Shown in pieces: positions 60,270 through 64,000 of a stretch of 64,000 bases of DNA. The DNA lies in NCBI GenBank assembly GCA_964036045.1, contig OZ038378.1, positions 165,354,001-165,418,000 of the forward strand, given 5' to 3'. This DNA comes from Eutreptiella sp. 'Long Island Sound 2002'. Its lineage: Eukaryota; Protista; Euglenida. Both the position numbers and the translations under genes were made by a program. The notes under the pieces are model-generated. The model was given only the letters and a program-made list of their open reading frames with translations. It was not told the origin of the DNA and did no database searches. Every line of letters starts with the position of its first letter. Within the stretch, counting starts at the first letter, position 1.

Positions 60270-61035
60270 TGGTTGGAAATTTTATAAGGAGTCAGGAAAA
60301 TTTTAGTAAATTCTTAGGTCAGATTGTTTGTATCCAAAAAAATAAAATTGTTGTTCGAAATGGATTATCAAATATCGTATCTAAAAATACTAAATTTTTT
60401 TCAGGAACCGGGATGTGATTCTTAAGAACGGAACTTTATTTTATTTATTTTATAAAGAAAGTAAAACTGGAGATATTGTTCAAGGTCTTCCTAAAGTAGA
60501 GGCTTTACTTGAGGCAAGAACTTCAAGTAATAATTTTAATCTGCAAAAAGACAACCTTCATTATCGATTAAAGATTTTCTTTGAATTTTATAAGAAAAAA
60601 TATGGATTTAGTTTAGCTGCTCAAAAAAGTATAGAAAAAATTCAAGGTTTTATTGTTGATAGTATTCAATATGTTTATCAATCGCAAAGTATTGATATTT
60701 CGGATAAACATATTGAAATTGTCGTAAAGCAGATGACTAAGAAAGTTGTTATTCTAGAGAAAGGTGATACAGATTTTTTAGTAGGAGAAGTAGTAAATTT
60801 TTGCCGGATAAGAAATTTAAATAAGTTTTTAGTTAATAAAGTAAAATATGAATTTCTTTTGCAAGGAATAACTAGGTCATCTTTAAAAAATAATCGTTTT
60901 TTATCTGCTTCTAGTTTTCAGGAAAATGCTAGGATTTTGGTTCAAGCTGCTATACAAGGTGAAGAAGATTGGATAGTTGGTTTAAAGGAAAATATTATTT
61001 TAGGTCGTTTGATTCCGGTAGGTACAAGAATTTGA
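60270..61035 (+). pseudogene. rpoC2: Plastid RNA polymerase beta'' subunit, 3' fragment (NUPT)
   Basis: KTGDIVQGLPKVEALLEAR, DKHIEIVVKQMT, LLQGITRSSL, FLSASSFQE, GLKENIILGRLIPVGT. Very AT-rich. A 1-nt deletion at GGG 60410-12 breaks the frame. Confidence 0.93.
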
Positions 61036-61107
61036 ATATTTGTATAAAATATTAATGAAAAAGATTTATTTAATTTAAGTGAAAAACATTTTATATTTGG
61101 ATTTAGT

Positions 61108-61413
61108 ATGGATAAAAATTTTGAATACATTCAAATAAGAGTTGCTTCTCCTTCTCGAATACGTAGTTGGTCGAATCGTACATTACCTAGTGGTAAAATG
61201 TTGGGTGAGGTTTTAAGTTCCGATACCCTTAATTATAAAACTCTCAGACCGGAAGTAAATGGGTTGTTTTGTGAAAGAATTTTTGGTCCTACAAAAAATT
61301 GGGAATGTGCTTGTGGTAGATATGAAAGGCAGAAAATTCGAAAAAAAATTAGTTTTTTGTAGTTCTTGTCAAGTGGAAGTAAAAAAATAACAGAGTCTAA
61401 GATTCGTAGCTAT
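61108..61413 (+). pseudogene. rpoC1: Plastid RNA polymerase beta' subunit, 5' fragment (NUPT)
   Basis: [40 protein letters not shown]...CSSCQVE/ITESKIR. An extra T at ~61353-58 and an ~8-nt insertion at ~61379-88 break the frame. Confidence 0.93.
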
Positions 61414-61655
61414 ACTGTGTGTGCTGTGTGCTGTCGTGTGCTGGCAAGTTTCGCTGTGTGCCTCTATCGGCTCTGGCGTGCTGCGTTGCATTGTGCGCTA
61501 CGCTGCCTCCATGAGGCGTGGTGGCCGCGGCTGCCCGGGCAGGGCCACGCTTCCCGTTGGGGCCGAGTCCGGGTAACCTCCGAAGTGCTTGGATAGGGCC
61601 ACCTACCCATTGGCCGGGCCGAATCCGAGCCCCTGGGGCCTGCGTACAAGGTTTG
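61414..61655. repeat. Second copy of the 34005-34265 repeat, abutting the NUPT
   Basis: Same conserved blocks as 34005-34265. Confidence 0.85.
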
Positions 61656-62044
61656 TGCGCTGATCTCCTTTGTGCGCCTCTGTCAGGTCCGTGTGCTTGG
61701 GCGTCGTGCTGCCCTGTGCTGTTCTAGTTTGCGTTGCGCTGCACGGTGCTACACCCCTGCAGACCGGCGGCCATGGCTATACAGGCCAGGTCCCACAGGC
61801 GCCGGGGGGGGGAGGGGCTCCCGCGTTGAGTGCGGAGAGGTCCGGGGCAGAAGGCAAGCAGCAAATTTGCTGTGCTGCGGCATGCTGCGGCATGCTTCAA
61901 GCCGCAGGTGGAGGGTAGCCTAATTTTCCAGAAGCCACACAAATGGAAAGACCCAAAACCAAAACAAAGGAATGCATGTCCTGACACCCTGCAACGATGA
62001 GCACAGATGAGCACAGCAGTATCGTTTCATGGGTGATCATGTTG

Positions 62045-62450
62045 CTACTCTTCCTCCTCACGTTTCCGCTTTTTGTCCATTTCATTGACATAAATGACTG
62101 CCAAATGGCGCAATGTCTCATCACTCATATTGAGACGCTCATGTGTTAGGATGTGTCCCAACAAACTGAAGGCCAAAGGAAGCAAGGAGCGAATTCCAGT
62201 GTGCTGTGGCATGCTTCCCGCCCCCCACCAACAGGCCCCCAAAACAGTTGCTGTGGCATGCTTCGACCATTGGTGCTTGGCGGGCGGCGGGGGGGTGGGG
62301 GGGGTGGGGGGCTGGAAGGCAGGTCCAGGAAGAGGAGGGTGGGGGGTCTATGGGTAGTGGCGAGTATTTGTGTTCAGGGGCACATGTCTCCCTGGCCAGT
62401 CCTGGGTATGCCACCATAGAACAGTGGCATGCGCCCCAGTCAGGCCTCTT
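62045..62450 (-). pseudogene. hAT transposase C-terminal dimerisation-domain remnant
   Basis: VLWWHTQDWP...RHV..(fs)QILA, then after an insertion AFSLLGHILTHERLNMSDETLRHLAVIYVN...KKRKREEEE*. Confidence 0.7.
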
Positions 62451-64000
62451 TTATGGGAAAAGCAGTCACTCCCAAATGAAACGTGGGTGGGTGACATCAC
62501 CAGTGATTGGCGTGGAGGAGCTCCTTAATGCTACGTTGGGTTTTATTGCCTAAAATTCGTGTAAAGGAGGTGAGGTGTCTCATGATTCCTATGTGCCGCA
62601 TGTAAGATAAGGTGAGAGTTAGGATGCACGTAAGCCTTGGCATGTGAAGCCTTGCACGTAAGCCTTGGCTACTGAAAAGAATGGCGATACCCTCCCAATG
62701 CAAATGGCAAATCAATCTGCCTTCAAACTGTGCAGCTCAAGACCGAAATTCTGACTTCCCAAAGCAGCACTACTTGGACATACCCAACCCAATACAATCC
62801 AACCACCTTTTGTGCCCATTGTTGCTTCTTTCAATCTCCTTCTTGCTTCACTGTGTGGTGAGGTCTTCACATCGTTTTGGTGCTAACCCCCTGCTGCATG
62901 CATACACAAAGCCATCAGTCATTCACACTGCAAGAATGCTCCGTCTGTCTGGCCTGCCCACAATCGTTGTCTGTTCCCATTCCCGCATAGGTATCCAAAA
63001 TACCCGAAGCCGGGGTCCCTAACTCCCCAAGTGACCGCAGAAAAATGGGGGGGAAACGAGGGAAAATGGGGGGCGGGGGATGGGGGGGAATCGGGGGGAA
63101 ATGGGAAAATAATGTGGGGGCGACTGGAAAAAATGTGGTGCACCAAGAGAAAAGTGGAGGGAAAATGCACGGAATTTGGCGTTTTTCGGTTCCCAATTTC
63201 CCCTTTTATTGGTTGTTCTTAAAGGAAGTTGGCCCTTCCAAATATGGCGTTATTGAAACCTGGTAGCCAAATATCCACGATGGAAAAATGGGGAAAATGC
63301 AAGGTACCCATAGGTATCCAGCCAACTGCGTATCTTGGAGGCTTGCCCACAGAACATTACAACCCCAAATGGAATCAGTCTCCTCACTGGACCTCTTCTT
63401 GCCCTGACCTCACCACACAAACAAATTGAATCAGTTGAGCTGTACACGCCCCCCCCTTTGCGCAATGACCAGCAATGTCTTGCCGTTTACCCGGGTGGGG
63501 GCTGGGGGGATCAGTAGAGTGTTTGGAAGGAGGAAAAAAAGCGCTGTTTGACCAGGGGGTGGTTGTTGGACAAGCCCATGAGATACCCTGGTGCCCCGAA
63601 AAATTATCTCCGGCATGTTATGCGAGATCTGTGCACCCCATGACTCCCTAAAAAACAGCAAATGAACATGGATGGCAAACTGGGTCTTCTAACATTGAAC
63701 ATGATGCTCCATCTCTGTGATAATATGGCTTGGGAGCCTTCATTGTAGATTTTGTGTCGTGCCGTTGAGCTCTGGTTGCTCCTAGCAGTGCGGTCCGTTA
63801 AAAAAACAGACATGCGCTTCCTGATACAGCATCCCACTTGCTTCAAATTTCATTCTGGATGCCTCCGTTTTCGTCCTACAGATGTCAAACATCAGTCCAT
63901 GCGCACCAAACTTCGTCCCACAGCCATGCTTGCAGTTCTTTAAAAAAAAATCATTTGACCAGAGGGGTGGTTGTTGCGCAAGCTGTTCATTGCGCAAGGG

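Noticed and set aside
60270-61413. Functional plastid or bacterial contig
   Set aside because: Both genes are truncated and frameshifted and are embedded between nuclear repeats.

Overview
Repeat-rich eukaryotic nuclear DNA, most likely from a photosynthetic euglenid. The evidence is a near-exact euglenid spliced-leader (SL) exon at 54897-54920 (-) and a decayed plastid rpoC2/rpoC1 insertion at ~60270-61413. No prokaryotic operon, CRISPR array, tRNA or rRNA was found. Host genes: the last exon of a receiver (REC) domain protein (9972-10529 +), an intronless EGLN/PHD-type 2OG-Fe(II) dioxygenase (27664-28866 -) and an intronless multi-TM MAP3K-like kinase (43570-45876 -). Mobile DNA: a divergent APE-RT-RNaseH-CCHC LINE with a fully open ORF2, a broken ORF1 and a structured 5' leader (1-8262 -); two L1/Tx1-like LINE families with a cellular-type RNase H1 after the zinc finger (48867-53981, with a twin-priming-type 5' inversion; 56639-58844, with a 14-bp TSD); a chromovirus 3' end with LTR; hAT/CGGBP1-like remnants; a long-TIR MITE with an 8-bp TSD; Tc1/mariner-like ends; and several satellites, including a 48-bp TTAGGG-containing array. 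Best leads: an SL-capped retrocopy, the RNase H1-bearing L1-like LINEs, the ORF1/ORF2 asymmetry and leader of the first LINE, and the non-canonical rpoC2->rpoC1 order. All calls come from manual motif reading; no searches were run.
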